A model generated the notes under the pieces. That model searched no databases and had not been told where the DNA came from. It saw only the letters and a list, made by a program, of their open reading frames with translations. From positions 4,435 to 68,434 of the forward strand of contig JBMSQB010000006.1 in assembly GCA_049423065.1 (NCBI GenBank): a DNA stretch of 64,000 nucleotides. The letters are read 5' to 3'. The position numbers and the translations under genes are program-made. The DNA is from Burkholderiaceae bacterium (GTDB lineage: Bacteria > Pseudomonadota > Gammaproteobacteria > Burkholderiales > Burkholderiaceae_E). Below, piece after piece: positions 45,782-55,763 of the stretch (positions are counted from its first letter, which is position 1; each line of letters begins with the position of its first letter).

Positions 45782-47059
45782 ATGCTCGGCTGCATCGCTG
45801 ACGATTTCACCGGCGCAACCGATCTTGCCAACAACCTGGTGCGAGCGGGCATGCGGGTCGTGCAAACGATCGGTGTACCCACCGAGCCGCTCGATGCCGA
45901 CGTCGACGCAGTGGTGGTGGCACTCAAATCCCGCACCATCGAGCCCCAGCTTGCAGTGGAACAATCGCTCGCTGCGCTTCAATGGCTGCGCTCGCTTGGC
46001 GCGCGGCAGATCTACTTCAAGATCTGTTCAACCTTTGACAGCACGCCCCGGGGCAACATCGGTCCGGTGACGGATGCGCTCATGGACGCGCTCGGCTGCG
46101 ATTTCGCTGTAACCACGCCCGCGTTTCCCGATAACGGTCGAACGGTATTCCGCGGGCATTTATTTGTGGGCGAACAGCTGCTGAGCGACAGCGGCATGCG
46201 CAATCATCCGCTCACGCCCATGACGGATTCGAATCTGGTTCGGGTGATGCAGGCGCAGAGCCGCCGTCAGGTGGGATTGATCGACTACCGCTGTGTGGCG
46301 GAGGGTCCGCAGGCGATTCGCGCGCGGATGGCGCAGTTGCGGGCCGATGGCGTGGGGATCGCCGTGGTGGATGCCATCTCCAACGATGATCTGTTCCGGC
46401 TGGGTCCCGCGCTGAGCGATGCCCCGCTGATGACCGCAGGCTCTGGCGTGGCCATCGCGCTGCCGGCCAATGTCGGGATTGTGCCCTCGCCGGCTGCTGC
46501 CACGCTGCCCGCAGCACGAGGGACAGCCGCCGTGATTTCGGGCAGCTGCTCGCTTGCCACGCTTGCGCAGGTTGCGCATTTCCGGTCCCAGGGTGGGTGG
46601 GTGCTGGCGCTCGACCCGCTCGAGTTGGCCGCCGATGGCGAGCCGTTGATTGCCCGTGCGATTGATGAAGCCGCGGCGAGGCTGTCATCGGTTCCGGTGC
46701 TGATTGCCTCGAGTGCCACCGCGGAAGCGGTGCGCAATGCGCAGGCACAACTCGGTGTCGAGGCGGCGGGCGCCCTGGTCGAGGCTGCGCTGTCGCGCAT
46801 TGCGGTGGCGCTGGTCGAGCGCGGCGTCGGCCGATTGGTGGTCGCGGGCGGGGAGACCTCGGGTGCATGCGTGCAGGCACTGGGGATTCGTCAGCTTCGG
46901 ATCGGTGCGCAGATCGACCCGGGCGTTCCGTGGTGCCACGCGGCGCAGGTGGTTGGACGGCGTGACGGTCTGCATCTGTGCCTCAAATCGGGCAACTTCG
47001 GCGCCGATGATTTCTTCACGCGCGCCTTTGCCGTGCTCGACGCTGGCGCATCACCATGA
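45782..47059 (+). CDS. otnK: Four-carbon acid-sugar kinase (DUF1537 family; 3-oxo-tetronate kinase-like)
   Basis: N-terminal LGCIADDFTGATDLAN is the hallmark DUF1537 motif. Start taken at the ATG at 45782; the track's TTG at 45761 is also possible. Confidence 0.8.
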   Translation: MLGCIADDFTGATDLANNLVRAGMRVVQTIGVPTEPLDADVDAVVVALKSRTIEPQLAVEQSLAALQWLRSLGARQIYFKICSTFDSTPRGNIGPVTDALMDALGCDFAVTTPAFPDNGRTVFRGHLFVGEQLLSDSGMRNHPLTPMTDSNLVRVMQAQSRRQVGLIDYRCVAEGPQAIRARMAQLRADGVGIAVVDAISNDDLFRLGPALSDAPLMTAGSGVAIALPANVGIVPSPAAATLPAARGTAAVISGSCSLATLAQVAHFRSQGGWVLALDPLELAADGEPLIARAIDEAAARLSSVPVLIASSATAEAVRNAQAQLGVEAAGALVEAALSRIAVALVERGVGRLVVAGGETSGACVQALGIRQLRIGAQIDPGVPWCHAAQVVGRRDGLHLCLKSGNFGADDFFTRAFAVLDAGASP

Positions 47060-47721
47060 ATGCGTCACACGCACGCGAGGAAATCTGTCGCGTCGGGCGA
47101 AGCCTCTTCGATCGCGGTTATGTGCACGCAACGGCCGGCAACATCAGCGTGCGGCTCGACGATGGCGGGTTGCTGATCACCCCCACCGACGCCTGTCTGG
47201 GTTTTCTCGATCCGGGCGCGCTTGCGCATCTTGGCCCGGACGGGCAGCAGCTGTCGGGCGACCGGGCCAGCAAGACCGCGGTGCTGCATCGGCGCATCTA
47301 TGCCCACGCGCTCGTCTGGGACCCCGGCACGCGCTGCATCATTCACACGCACAGCACGCACTGCGTGGCGCTCACGCTCGCGCCATGCGGCGCCGAACTG
47401 CTTCCTCCCATCACGCCCTACTTTGTGATGAAGGTCGGGCATGTGCCGGTGGTGCCCTATCACCGTCCTGGCGCGCCCGAGGCTGCCAACGAAGTGGCCG
47501 AGCAGATCGAACGCCATGGGCGCGCGGGTCGGCCGATCCGGGCGGTGATGCTCTCTCGATTGGGGCCTACGGTCTGGCAGGACAGCCCGGCGGCTGCGAT
47601 GGCTGTATTGGAAGAACTTGAGGAAACCGCACGGCTCGCCTGCCTTGCGCGCGCGCCGTTGGCGCCGCTCGATGAGGTGGCCATTGACGATCTGCGCCGC
47701 GCATTTGGCGCACGCTGGTAA
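47056..47721 (+). CDS. otnC: Class II aldolase/adducin-family protein (3-oxo-tetronate 4-phosphate decarboxylase-like)
   Basis: [13 protein letters not shown] and IHTHS motifs, with an ATGA overlap onto the kinase gene. Confidence 0.75.
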   Translation: MNASHAREEICRVGRSLFDRGYVHATAGNISVRLDDGGLLITPTDACLGFLDPGALAHLGPDGQQLSGDRASKTAVLHRRIYAHALVWDPGTRCIIHTHSTHCVALTLAPCGAELLPPITPYFVMKVGHVPVVPYHRPGAPEAANEVAEQIERHGRAGRPIRAVMLSRLGPTVWQDSPAAAMAVLEELEETARLACLARAPLAPLDEVAIDDLRRAFGARW

Positions 47722-47735
47722 CGGGAGGAAGCGCT

Positions 47736-48542
47736 GTGCCGAAATTTGCCGCGAACCTGTCGATGCTCTATCCGGAACTGCCGTTCATTGAGCGGTTCGG
47801 TGCTGCCGCGGCCGATGGCTTTGAGGCCGTGGAGTTCCTTTTTCCCTACGAATACGAGCCGGCGGTGCTCGCTGATCAACTGGCCCGACACGGGCTGGAG
47901 CAGGTGTTGTTCAACGCGCCGCCAGGCAACTGGACCCAAGGCGAGAAGGGGCTCGCCTGCTTACCGGGACGCGAGGCAGAATTTCTGGCGGCGATTGATC
48001 GTGCGCTGATCTACGCGCAGGCGCTCGCCTGTCCGCGGGTCCATGTGATGGCGGGCATCATGCCTGAAGCGATCGCCCGTGAGGTGCTTCGCGCCACGTA
48101 TGTGGCGAACTTTCGCGCGGCAGCGCGTCGCGCCGCGCCGCTCGGCGTCACGCTCCTGATTGAGCCTCTCAACCAGCGCGACAACCCGGGCTATTTCGTC
48201 AGCCGTCAGGATGACGCGCATGCGCTCATCGAAGAAATCGGCGAACCAAACGTGGGTGTGCAGATGGATCTCTATCACTGCCAGATCGTTGAGGGGGATG
48301 TGGCGATGAAGATCCGTCAGTGGCTGCCCACCGGACGCGTGTCGCATTTGCAGATCGCAGGTGTGCCCGAGCGGCATGAACCGGATGTCGGCGAGCTCAA
48401 CTATCGCTATCTGTTTGCGGTGCTGGATGAGGTTGCGGCGCAGTGCGGATGGCAGGGCTGGGTGGGGTGCGAGTATCGACCTGCGCGAGGGTCGGTGGCA
48501 GGCGGCACCCGCGCTGGCCTTGCCTGGCGCACTGCCCCCTAG
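47736..48542 (+). CDS. otnI: Hydroxypyruvate-isomerase-family protein (2-oxo-tetronate isomerase-like)
   Basis: [40 protein letters not shown] parallels the Hyi N-terminus. Confidence 0.8.
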   Translation: MPKFAANLSMLYPELPFIERFGAAAADGFEAVEFLFPYEYEPAVLADQLARHGLEQVLFNAPPGNWTQGEKGLACLPGREAEFLAAIDRALIYAQALACPRVHVMAGIMPEAIAREVLRATYVANFRAAARRAAPLGVTLLIEPLNQRDNPGYFVSRQDDAHALIEEIGEPNVGVQMDLYHCQIVEGDVAMKIRQWLPTGRVSHLQIAGVPERHEPDVGELNYRYLFAVLDEVAAQCGWQGWVGCEYRPARGSVAGGTRAGLAWRTAP

Positions 48543-49393
48543 GCTGAGCGCTGCGCGGTTGCCCGATCCCAGGCGATGGGGAAGACCTTGTCATCGGCAG
48601 GATGGCGTCCGGCCTCCAGCACGGGGTCGCCTGTCACCCGCATGGTGGCGGGTCGTGGGTCCCACACGGCGTCCGGGCCGAAGTAGCGGTTGGAAATCGC
48701 CGCGCGTCGCCGGGTAGGCGAGAAGTTGCCTTCCGAGCCGTGAACGGTGAGCGGGTGATGCACCAGGCAGTCGCCCGCTTTCATGGTCCATGACAGAAAG
48801 CGGTATTGGGGGTCGTTTCGCAACAGGCTGAAGTTGGGGCATTCCTCGAGATCGGACTTGAAGCGCGGATCCTTGTCGGGAATGGCTGCACGATAAAACT
48901 TGTTCCAGCGGTGGGAACCTGCAATGTACTCGAGCGAACTGTTGTCGGGACCCACGTCGGTGAGCGCCACCCAGATCGACAGGATCTGATTGCCGCGCAT
49001 GGGCCAGAACGGCAGGTCGTGATGCCAGTCGGTCATCTCCGACGTGTTCGGTTCCTTCACAAACACCTGATCGTAGAACATGCGAACTCGGTCGGCGCCC
49101 ATCAGGGTGGCAGCGATTTCTGCGTTCGGCGATTCGAGTGCCCACGCACGAAAGTCATCATCCCAGTGCCAGACAAATGAATTGATGTGGTAGCGGCCGC
49201 TCTTGCCACCCATCGCCTGGGTGACCTCACGCGGGCGGGCAAGCGGGTGCGAGGCGTCCATCACCCGGTTGACCGCGTCGTTCATGCGCGAGATCCAGTC
49301 CTGATCGAACATCTGGCGCAGGCAAACCACGCCATCACGATCGAAATCGGCGCGATCGCTCGCAGTGACTGGATTCAACGGCTGTCGGTTCAT
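48539..49393 (-). CDS. Phytanoyl-CoA dioxygenase (PhyH)-family Fe(II)/2OG oxygenase
   Basis: [10 protein letters not shown]-terminus, WHHD (HxD) and TVHGS (distal His). Confidence 0.85.
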   Translation of the reverse strand: MNRQPLNPVTASDRADFDRDGVVCLRQMFDQDWISRMNDAVNRVMDASHPLARPREVTQAMGGKSGRYHINSFVWHWDDDFRAWALESPNAEIAATLMGADRVRMFYDQVFVKEPNTSEMTDWHHDLPFWPMRGNQILSIWVALTDVGPDNSSLEYIAGSHRWNKFYRAAIPDKDPRFKSDLEECPNFSLLRNDPQYRFLSWTMKAGDCLVHHPLTVHGSEGNFSPTRRRAAISNRYFGPDAVWDPRPATMRVTGDPVLEAGRHPADDKVFPIAWDRATAQRSA

Positions 49394-49411
49394 GGTGTCT
49401 CCCCGGTGTTG

Positions 49412-50902
49412 TCAGAGTGAGTAGCCCCAGCCGCTGATGGGCCAGGACGCGACCTCGGCGGCCGAATTGGCGAGTGCAGCAACATATCGATCGGGACGAA
49501 GGAGCGCGTGCTGCGCACCCAGCGACTGCAGCCAGCTCCCGAGCGCAGGATCGCTGAGTTGGCAGGCATTGAGCCGCTCGAGCACGGCGCGTGCGTCGGG
49601 CGATGCCCGTAGTGCTTCAGGCGCTGCCGTGATGAGCGCAAACCGGTTGGCCGCAAGCGCGTCGTCAAGCAGACGGCCGTCTGCCAGGCGAGGCTGCGAC
49701 GCGAGGGCGCCCGCCGATGCGTGCCCCGTGTGGGCACCGGGTCCGAGCGCGGGTGACAGGTTGACAATCTCGGTGGTGCCCTCGCGCGCGAAGCGCTGAT
49801 CACGCTGTGCGGCCACCGCCGGATCGGTGGTCTGAATGATTTCGCCCAGCCGCATGGCGGTCTCGATGAATTCACGAACATGCGGCAGCCGCTCGCTTTC
49901 ATAGCTGTCCAGCATGAACTCTGCAGCCTCGCCGCGCACCACGGCAGCCAGCTTCCAGGCGAGGTTGGCCGCGTCCCGGATGCCGGCACACATGCCTTGT
50001 CCAAGAAACGGGGGCGTCTGGTGGGCGCTGTCCCCCGCGAGCAGCAGTCGGCCTGCGCGCCATCGCGAGGCGATCAGCGAATGAAAGGTGTAGAGCGCCG
50101 ACCTGACGAGTCTCGCCTGGTCTGGCCGGATCCAGGGCGCGAGCAGCGTCCAGAGATTGGCGGGTTCCAGGAGGGCCTGCGGCGTATCGCCGGGCATCAC
50201 CATGATTTCCCAGCGCCGGCGGCGGCCGGTGACGTTGACGAAGGTGGCCGGGCGCGCCGGGTCGCAATACTGCACCGTGGGCTGCGGCAGGGCGACATCG
50301 CCTGTCAGCTCGACATCGACCACCAGCCATTCCTGGTGCAGACCCAGATCGTGGAGCGGGCCGCCGATTACCTCGCGTACGATGGATCGTGCCCCGTCGC
50401 AACCCACCACCCAGCGGGCACGCACCGTCTCTTCGGTGCCCGTCGAGAAAGTGCTGCGAACGCGGACTGCGACGTGATCAGCCTGCTGTGTGACGCCAAG
50501 CGCCTCGACGCTGTTTCGCACCGTGACGCAGCCGAACCGATCGAGCGCACGGCGGAGCGCCCCTTCCAGATCGGGCTGGTGGAACAGATAGTTGGTTGCC
50601 CAGCCTTGCGGTCCCTGTGTGGCGGCGGGCTTTCTTTCAAGCATCAGCAGCCCCTGGGCGTTCACATATTGCATGCCCGAGGAGGGTCGAAGATGGGGTT
50701 CCAGCGCAGCGGCGAGCCCCATGTTCTGAAACACACGCATCACCTCGCCATCGAAATGCACTGCGCGCGGAAGGTCGAGGAATCCGGGTTCGCGATCGAT
50801 GACCACTGTGTCCAGCCCCATGGCCCCCAACAGGTTGGCCAACGTGGCGCCAGTGGGACCGAGGCCGATGATGAGCACATCGTGGAGGTGGTCTCGGCTC
50901 AT
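49412..50902 (-). CDS. FAD-dependent aromatic-ring monooxygenase (MhpA/PheA-TfdB-like)
   Basis: Start set at the ATG at 50902 (MSRDHLHDVLIIGLGPTGATLA, GxGxxG). LAGDSAHQTPPFLGQGMCAGIRDA is the typical FAD-fingerprint-2 motif. The track's 770-aa ORF runs spuriously through the IclR gene. Confidence 0.85.
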   Translation of the reverse strand: MSRDHLHDVLIIGLGPTGATLANLLGAMGLDTVVIDREPGFLDLPRAVHFDGEVMRVFQNMGLAAALEPHLRPSSGMQYVNAQGLLMLERKPAATQGPQGWATNYLFHQPDLEGALRRALDRFGCVTVRNSVEALGVTQQADHVAVRVRSTFSTGTEETVRARWVVGCDGARSIVREVIGGPLHDLGLHQEWLVVDVELTGDVALPQPTVQYCDPARPATFVNVTGRRRRWEIMVMPGDTPQALLEPANLWTLLAPWIRPDQARLVRSALYTFHSLIASRWRAGRLLLAGDSAHQTPPFLGQGMCAGIRDAANLAWKLAAVVRGEAAEFMLDSYESERLPHVREFIETAMRLGEIIQTTDPAVAAQRDQRFAREGTTEIVNLSPALGPGAHTGHASAGALASQPRLADGRLLDDALAANRFALITAAPEALRASPDARAVLERLNACQLSDPALGSWLQSLGAQHALLRPDRYVAALANSAAEVASWPISGWGYSL

Positions 50903-51708
50903 GCGCGTTTCCGCGCGGCTGATCGGGCGATGGAGGTTACGCCTTCGTGGTGATCGGGGGCGTCGCCGAATTCGGCGAGCCGAAGACTGATGGCCTGACC
51001 GGCTGCGCGGATGCGTCCAGTCAGTCGGTCGAGGTCGGTGACGGCAAGCCGTTCGCGCGGCAGCGCAGCGATCACGCTGCCCAGGATGTCGCCGTCGGCA
51101 GCAAAGACGGGCGCTGCCACCCCCACGTAGCCGGGGTCCAACTCGCCATGCGACACGGCGAAGCCCTGACGGCGGATCGCGGCAAGTGCCAGGCGGACCT
51201 CTTCCCAGTGACTGCCAAGCTTGGCATCGCGTGCGTCGGCGTGATGCGCGTCGTAGAGCTTTCGCAGCCGCGCACGCGGAAAATGCGCAACGATGATTTT
51301 CGATCCGGCGCCACGAAACGGCGGCAGCGGTCGTCCCCGCCCAAAGCTGAGCGGCAGTCGCTCCAGCCCATGCTGCTGGTGGGTGGTGACGATGTGATCG
51401 CCATAACGGCCCACCAGGTTCACTTCGAAACCGGTGGCCGATGACAGGTCGGGGATGACGGACAGTCCGGCCCGCAGCAACGGGTCGCTTCGCCGGATCT
51501 GCCAGTCGAGTTCGATGATGCGCGGCCCGAGCGCGTAGGTGCCTGGCGCGAGCCGCACCAGCAGGCCGCTCGCGACCAGTTCGCGCAGATAGCGATACGC
51601 CGTGGGCCGGGTAAAGCCCAGCGATTCGGTGATCGCCTCTGCGCTGAGCGTGGGGCGGTCTGGCCCGAACAGGCTGAGGATCGCGAGGGAGGAGCCGAGG
51701 CTGCTCAT
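50899..51708 (-). CDS. IclR-family transcriptional regulator
   Basis: LAILSLF...SAEAITESLGFTRPTAYRYLRELVASGLL wHTH followed by an IclR effector domain. Its stop overlaps the monooxygenase start (ATGA). Confidence 0.9.
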   Translation of the reverse strand: MSSLGSSLAILSLFGPDRPTLSAEAITESLGFTRPTAYRYLRELVASGLLVRLAPGTYALGPRIIELDWQIRRSDPLLRAGLSVIPDLSSATGFEVNLVGRYGDHIVTTHQQHGLERLPLSFGRGRPLPPFRGAGSKIIVAHFPRARLRKLYDAHHADARDAKLGSHWEEVRLALAAIRRQGFAVSHGELDPGYVGVAAPVFAADGDILGSVIAALPRERLAVTDLDRLTGRIRAAGQAISLRLAEFGDAPDHHEGVTSIARSAARKRA

Positions 51709-51810
51709 GGAAACAGACGGGCATTCATGGTCGTCAATATCTCAAATAGTGACATTTGCTTCAAGCCGCATGTCGCTGATGGGCGTTTCATTGCATTCGA
51801 TTCTTGAATG

Positions 51811-51838
51811 TTGACATTTCCTCAATATCCACTACATT
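51811..51838 (+). promoter_or_regulatory. Candidate sigma-70 promoter for the TRAP operon (TTGACA - 16 nt - TACATT)
   Basis: A perfect -35 TTGACA at 51811-51816 and TACATT at 51833-51838, about 30 nt upstream of the dctP-like ATG (51869). It lies in the only clearly AT-rich spacer of the window. Confidence 0.35.
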
Positions 51839-51868
51839 GACTCGCACAACACTCACGAGGAGACACCC

Positions 51869-52900
51869 ATGGGCACCAGCGTCCAACGATTCCGAATCCG
51901 TGCATTCTGTGCTGCGGCCGCGCTCGTCATGGCGGGCGCCAGTGCCGGCGTTCAGGCGCAGACCGTCAAACTCAAGTTCGCCATTTTTTCGCCTGACAAG
52001 GAAGCCACCTTCCAGAGCGTGTTCAAGCCCTTTGCCGAGGCCGTCAACAAGGAGGCGGGCGGGGCCATCGAGATCGAACTGTTTCCCAACGGTGCCCTGG
52101 GTCGAAGTCCCGTTCAGCAGGCGCAGATGGTGCTGGATGGGGTGGCCGATCTCGCCTGGGTGATCGCGTCCTACACGCCAGGTCGCTTCCAGGAAAACGA
52201 GGTGTTTGAACTGCCTGGCGTGTTTGCCGACCTGCGCGAAGCAACACTGGTCTTCACGCGGCTCGTGAACAGCGGAAAGATCCGCGGCTACGACGATTTC
52301 TTTCCGATCGGTCTGTTCGGGACCGCGCCCTACAGCCTTCATTCGCGCTCCGCCATCAATTCGATTGCCGACATCAAGGGCAAGAAGATCCGCACCTCCG
52401 GCGCAATTGAAAGCGAAACCATCAAGGCGCTGGGGGCTGTTGCGATCGGCATGCCCGTCACTGAAGTGCCCGAGGCGATCAGCCGCGGCACGATCGATGG
52501 CACCACCTCGCATCCCGCGCCGCTGGTCGATTTCGGTATCTCCCGAGTCACAAGCGCCCACTATTTCACCCGTCTCGGGGTGGTGCCGCTCGCCATGCTG
52601 ATGAATCGAAAGAAATTCGATTCGCTTCCCAAGCCCGCGCAGGACGCGATCCGCAAATACAGCGGGGAATGGACGGCGGCGCGATTCAACGAAGGTATCG
52701 GCAGCTACAACGCGTCGGTTGTGAAGCAGTTGCAGGCCGATCCCAAGCGCAAGGTGGTGTTCCCCTCTCAGGCCGACCTCGATGCCATGCAGCCGGCCTT
52801 CCAGTCGGTGATCGACACGTGGGTCGCCAAGAGTCCCCGAAACAAGGAACTGCTGGCGCTGGTCAGGGCTGAACTTGCCAACGTTCGGGCGGGTCGCTAG
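51869..52900 (+). CDS. dctP: TRAP transporter substrate-binding protein
   Basis: Signal peptide then VKLKFAIFSPDKE... DctP-like sequence, with AGGAGA SD upstream. Confidence 0.85.
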   Translation: MGTSVQRFRIRAFCAAAALVMAGASAGVQAQTVKLKFAIFSPDKEATFQSVFKPFAEAVNKEAGGAIEIELFPNGALGRSPVQQAQMVLDGVADLAWVIASYTPGRFQENEVFELPGVFADLREATLVFTRLVNSGKIRGYDDFFPIGLFGTAPYSLHSRSAINSIADIKGKKIRTSGAIESETIKALGAVAIGMPVTEVPEAISRGTIDGTTSHPAPLVDFGISRVTSAHYFTRLGVVPLAMLMNRKKFDSLPKPAQDAIRKYSGEWTAARFNEGIGSYNASVVKQLQADPKRKVVFPSQADLDAMQPAFQSVIDTWVAKSPRNKELLALVRAELANVRAGR

Positions 52901-52934
52901 GCCCCGCCGAACCTGATCGCCCCAGCGATGAAGG

Positions 52935-53513
52935 GTGGCTGATGAAGGGGCGCCTGTGAACGATGCGGCGGGGCTTGCCCAGGCGGTGCGGGGCGGGCTG
53001 TCAAAGTTGGAGCGATTCGGTCTGATGGCAACCCGGGCGCTGTCGGCGCTCGGTCTCGCCGGGCTCCTGTTTCTTGCGCTCATGACGCTCTTCGACGGGC
53101 TCGCGCGCTGGCTCCTCAATCAGCCCATCGAGGGGGTTCGTGACCTCGCCGCGGTGACCGTGGCGCTTGCGGTCACCTGCTGTCTGCCGGTCGGATTGAT
53201 GGAGCGAAGCAATATCTCGATCCGGCTGGCCTCGCATGTGTTCGGGGCGCGAGCCGGCCGGCTGCTGGATGCACTGGCTGCGCTCATCACCGCAGTGGTG
53301 ATGGCCACCTTTGGCTGGCAGTTCCTGGCCTTCGCCGGAAAGATTGCGCGTGCGGGTGAAACCACCTGGATCCTCAAGATTCCGACTGCGCCGTTCTGGT
53401 ACGGGGTCTGCGCCATTTTTGCAATGGCGTTCGCAGTACAGGTGATCGTTGTGGTGCTTGAAGCCGGTCGTCTGCTCGGTCGGTTTGAACACGCAGTGCG
53501 GAGCGGCGAGTGA
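52935..53513 (+). CDS. dctQ: TRAP transporter small permease (start uncertain)
   Basis: Four-TM protein between dctP-like and dctM-like genes. The GTG at 52935 comes from the track, and later in-frame starts are possible. Confidence 0.7.
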   Translation: MADEGAPVNDAAGLAQAVRGGLSKLERFGLMATRALSALGLAGLLFLALMTLFDGLARWLLNQPIEGVRDLAAVTVALAVTCCLPVGLMERSNISIRLASHVFGARAGRLLDALAALITAVVMATFGWQFLAFAGKIARAGETTWILKIPTAPFWYGVCAIFAMAFAVQVIVVVLEAGRLLGRFEHAVRSGE

Positions 53514-54814
53514 GCGCGCTCGCCATCGGCGGGCTAGGGCTCCTTGCCCTCTGTGTGCTGATCCTTCTTCAGATACCGATCGGCATCGCAATGATCGTTG
53601 TGGGCGTGGTGGGCTATGCCCTGCAGTCTGGATGGGGGCCCGCAATGACTGTGCTCGCAGGCGAATCGGCGGGTCTGCTTTCAAGCGTCGATCTTGCGAC
53701 CGTGCCGCTCTTTCTGATGATGGGCACATTTGCGAGCGCAGCCGGGTTTTCGCGCGACATCTACCGCGCGGCGGCATGCTGGTTTGGTCATTTTCGCGGT
53801 GGACTCGCCTATTCAACCATGGGCGGCTGCGCGGTGTTTGGAGCCGTGTGCGGGTCGTCCACTGCCACCGCCGCAACCTTCGCCAAAGCGGCGTTGCCGG
53901 AGATGCTGGCCCGGGGCTATTCGCCTGCGTTTTCGGCTGGAACCATCGCGGCTGGCGGGACCCTGAAGGCGCTGATCCCGCCTTCGATCGTCATGATTCT
54001 CTACTGCGTCGTCACCAAAACCTATATCTTCGACCTGTTCTACGCGGCGCTGGTGCCGGCGGCGATCGCGCTGGCGCTCAACCTGCTTGCCATCCGCCTG
54101 ATCGTCTGGTGGCGTCCCAGTCTGGCGCCGGTAAGCGGGCGCGTACCGCGGTCGGAGAAGTGGCAGGCGCTTCGCGAGGCCTCGCCGGTGCTGGTGCTGA
54201 TGGCGTCGATCTTCGCCGGGCTCTACAGCGGCGTCTTTACGGTCAACGAGGCGGCCTCGGTGGCCGCGATCCTGTCGCTTCTGTTTGCAGTGCTCCGTCG
54301 CCGCATGAGCTGGGTGGCGGTTTGGCAGGGGCTGCGCGAAACCGCGAGTGCCACCGCAATGATCTACACGATCATCATCGGCGCCTCGGTATTTTCGTAT
54401 TTCATCACGCTCGCCCGGGTACCCGAGGCGCTGGTCGGGTTCATTGGCAAGCTTCCGGTTCCTGAAATCGGCATCGTGGCTTGCCTGTTGATCGCGTATC
54501 TCGCGCTCGGTGCCATCTTCGATGAAATCGCAGCCATGCTCATTACTTTGCCGTTCGTGCTGCCAGTCATTGAAAAAATGGGTTTTGATCCGGTGTGGTG
54601 GGGCGTGGTCAATGTGGTGGTGGTGGAGCTCGGCATGATCATTCCGCCTATCGGCATCATCGTGTTTGTGCTGCATGGCCTCGCGCCACACATTGCCATC
54701 CGCGATATCTACCGGGGCGTGGCGCCATTTATCGCAGCAGATCTGGTGCTGCTTGCGGTGCTGGTGGCATTTCCAGGGCTCGCCATGTGGCTCCCCATGC
54801 TCTTGAAGGGCTGA
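53510..54814 (+). CDS. dctM: TRAP transporter large permease
   Basis: 434-aa polytopic DctM-like protein. Its start overlaps the dctQ stop by 4 nt. Confidence 0.9.
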   Translation: MSALAIGGLGLLALCVLILLQIPIGIAMIVVGVVGYALQSGWGPAMTVLAGESAGLLSSVDLATVPLFLMMGTFASAAGFSRDIYRAAACWFGHFRGGLAYSTMGGCAVFGAVCGSSTATAATFAKAALPEMLARGYSPAFSAGTIAAGGTLKALIPPSIVMILYCVVTKTYIFDLFYAALVPAAIALALNLLAIRLIVWWRPSLAPVSGRVPRSEKWQALREASPVLVLMASIFAGLYSGVFTVNEAASVAAILSLLFAVLRRRMSWVAVWQGLRETASATAMIYTIIIGASVFSYFITLARVPEALVGFIGKLPVPEIGIVACLLIAYLALGAIFDEIAAMLITLPFVLPVIEKMGFDPVWWGVVNVVVVELGMIIPPIGIIVFVLHGLAPHIAIRDIYRGVAPFIAADLVLLAVLVAFPGLAMWLPMLLKG

Positions 54815-54949
54815 GTGACCTGACCTTGAACCCGGTCTGCCCAGGCATGGTCGAGCGCACGCGCTACAAGGTCGAGGCTAAACTCGCGGAGTTTCTCAAC
54901 ATCTGGGCCCGCGTGCCTCCATCGCATGCGCGGTTCACGGAGACCTGAC

Positions 54950-55735
54950 ATGAAGTGGTGCAGATTCGAAGCGTCCGGCAAGACGGCGTTTGGCATTGTT
55001 GAAGATGACTCGGTGGTGCCGGTGCGCGGCTCGCCGTTTGACGGTTATGAGCGAATGGCCGAGCGGCTTGCGCTCGACGCGGTGCGGCTGCTGGTGCCGG
55101 TGGTGCCAGGCACTTTTTTCTGCGCGGGTCTGAACTATGCAGGGCACATCCGCGAAGTGGCAGCGAAAATCGGCGAGTCGCCCAAGTTGCCCACACGCGC
55201 AGAGATTGGTTATCGCGCCAACAATGCGCTGATTGCCCATGGCGAAAACATCGTGAAGCCCCGCGATGCGACCGATCAGTTCCAGTATGAGGGCGAGCTG
55301 GTGGCGGTGTTCGGCAAGCCCGCCCGCAAGGTGTCGCCCGAGCAGGCGCTTGACAGCGTGCTGGGCTGGACCATCGGCAACGACGTGAGTGAGCGCAGCT
55401 GGCAGAAGAGCGATCGCACCTTCTTTCGCTCAAAGAATTGCGACACCTTCAAGCCCATGGGGCCCTGGTTTGTGACCGGGCTTGATTACCGCACGATGCG
55501 AACCATCATCAGGTTGAACGGCCGCCAGGTGGACAGCTTCGATACTGCCGACATGATCTTCCGGCCTGAAGCGTTCATCAGCGAAACCTCCCGCTACTGC
55601 ACCATCAGCCCTGGGGACGTGATGTGGTTCGGTACCGAAGGCAAGCAGGAAAACATGAAGCCCGGTGATGTGATCGAGATCGAGATCACCGGGATCGGTG
55701 TGCTGCGCAACCAGGTGGTGGCGGAAGCCGACTGA
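54950..55735 (+). CDS. Fumarylacetoacetate hydrolase (FAH)-family protein
   Basis: Start at the ATG at 54950 (MKWCRFEASGK...) preceded by GGAGA. YEGELVAVFGK, GWTIGNDVSER and MIF...ISETSRYCTISPGDVMWFGT are typical FAH-fold motifs. Confidence 0.9.
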   Translation: MKWCRFEASGKTAFGIVEDDSVVPVRGSPFDGYERMAERLALDAVRLLVPVVPGTFFCAGLNYAGHIREVAAKIGESPKLPTRAEIGYRANNALIAHGENIVKPRDATDQFQYEGELVAVFGKPARKVSPEQALDSVLGWTIGNDVSERSWQKSDRTFFRSKNCDTFKPMGPWFVTGLDYRTMRTIIRLNGRQVDSFDTADMIFRPEAFISETSRYCTISPGDVMWFGTEGKQENMKPGDVIEIEITGIGVLRNQVVAEAD

Positions 55736-55763
55736 AGACCCGGTGCCGCGGGGGCATCCGTGC

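Noticed and set aside
50903-51724. Upstream 274-codon extension that makes a 770-aa monooxygenase ORF
   Set aside because: The extension runs through the IclR gene in a different frame and is Arg/Pro-rich. The GxGxxG FAD motif follows immediately after the ATG at 50902, which overlaps the IclR stop (ATGA).
54847-54948. Possible 33-codon ORF (MVERTRYKVEAKLAEFLNIWARVPPSHARFTET) between dctM and the FAH gene
   Set aside because: Its third positions are GC-rich and its stop abuts the FAH start. However, it has no SD, no recognisable family, and it is the tail of a shadow ORF overlapping dctM. The evidence is insufficient to call it, though it is worth a Ribo-seq look.
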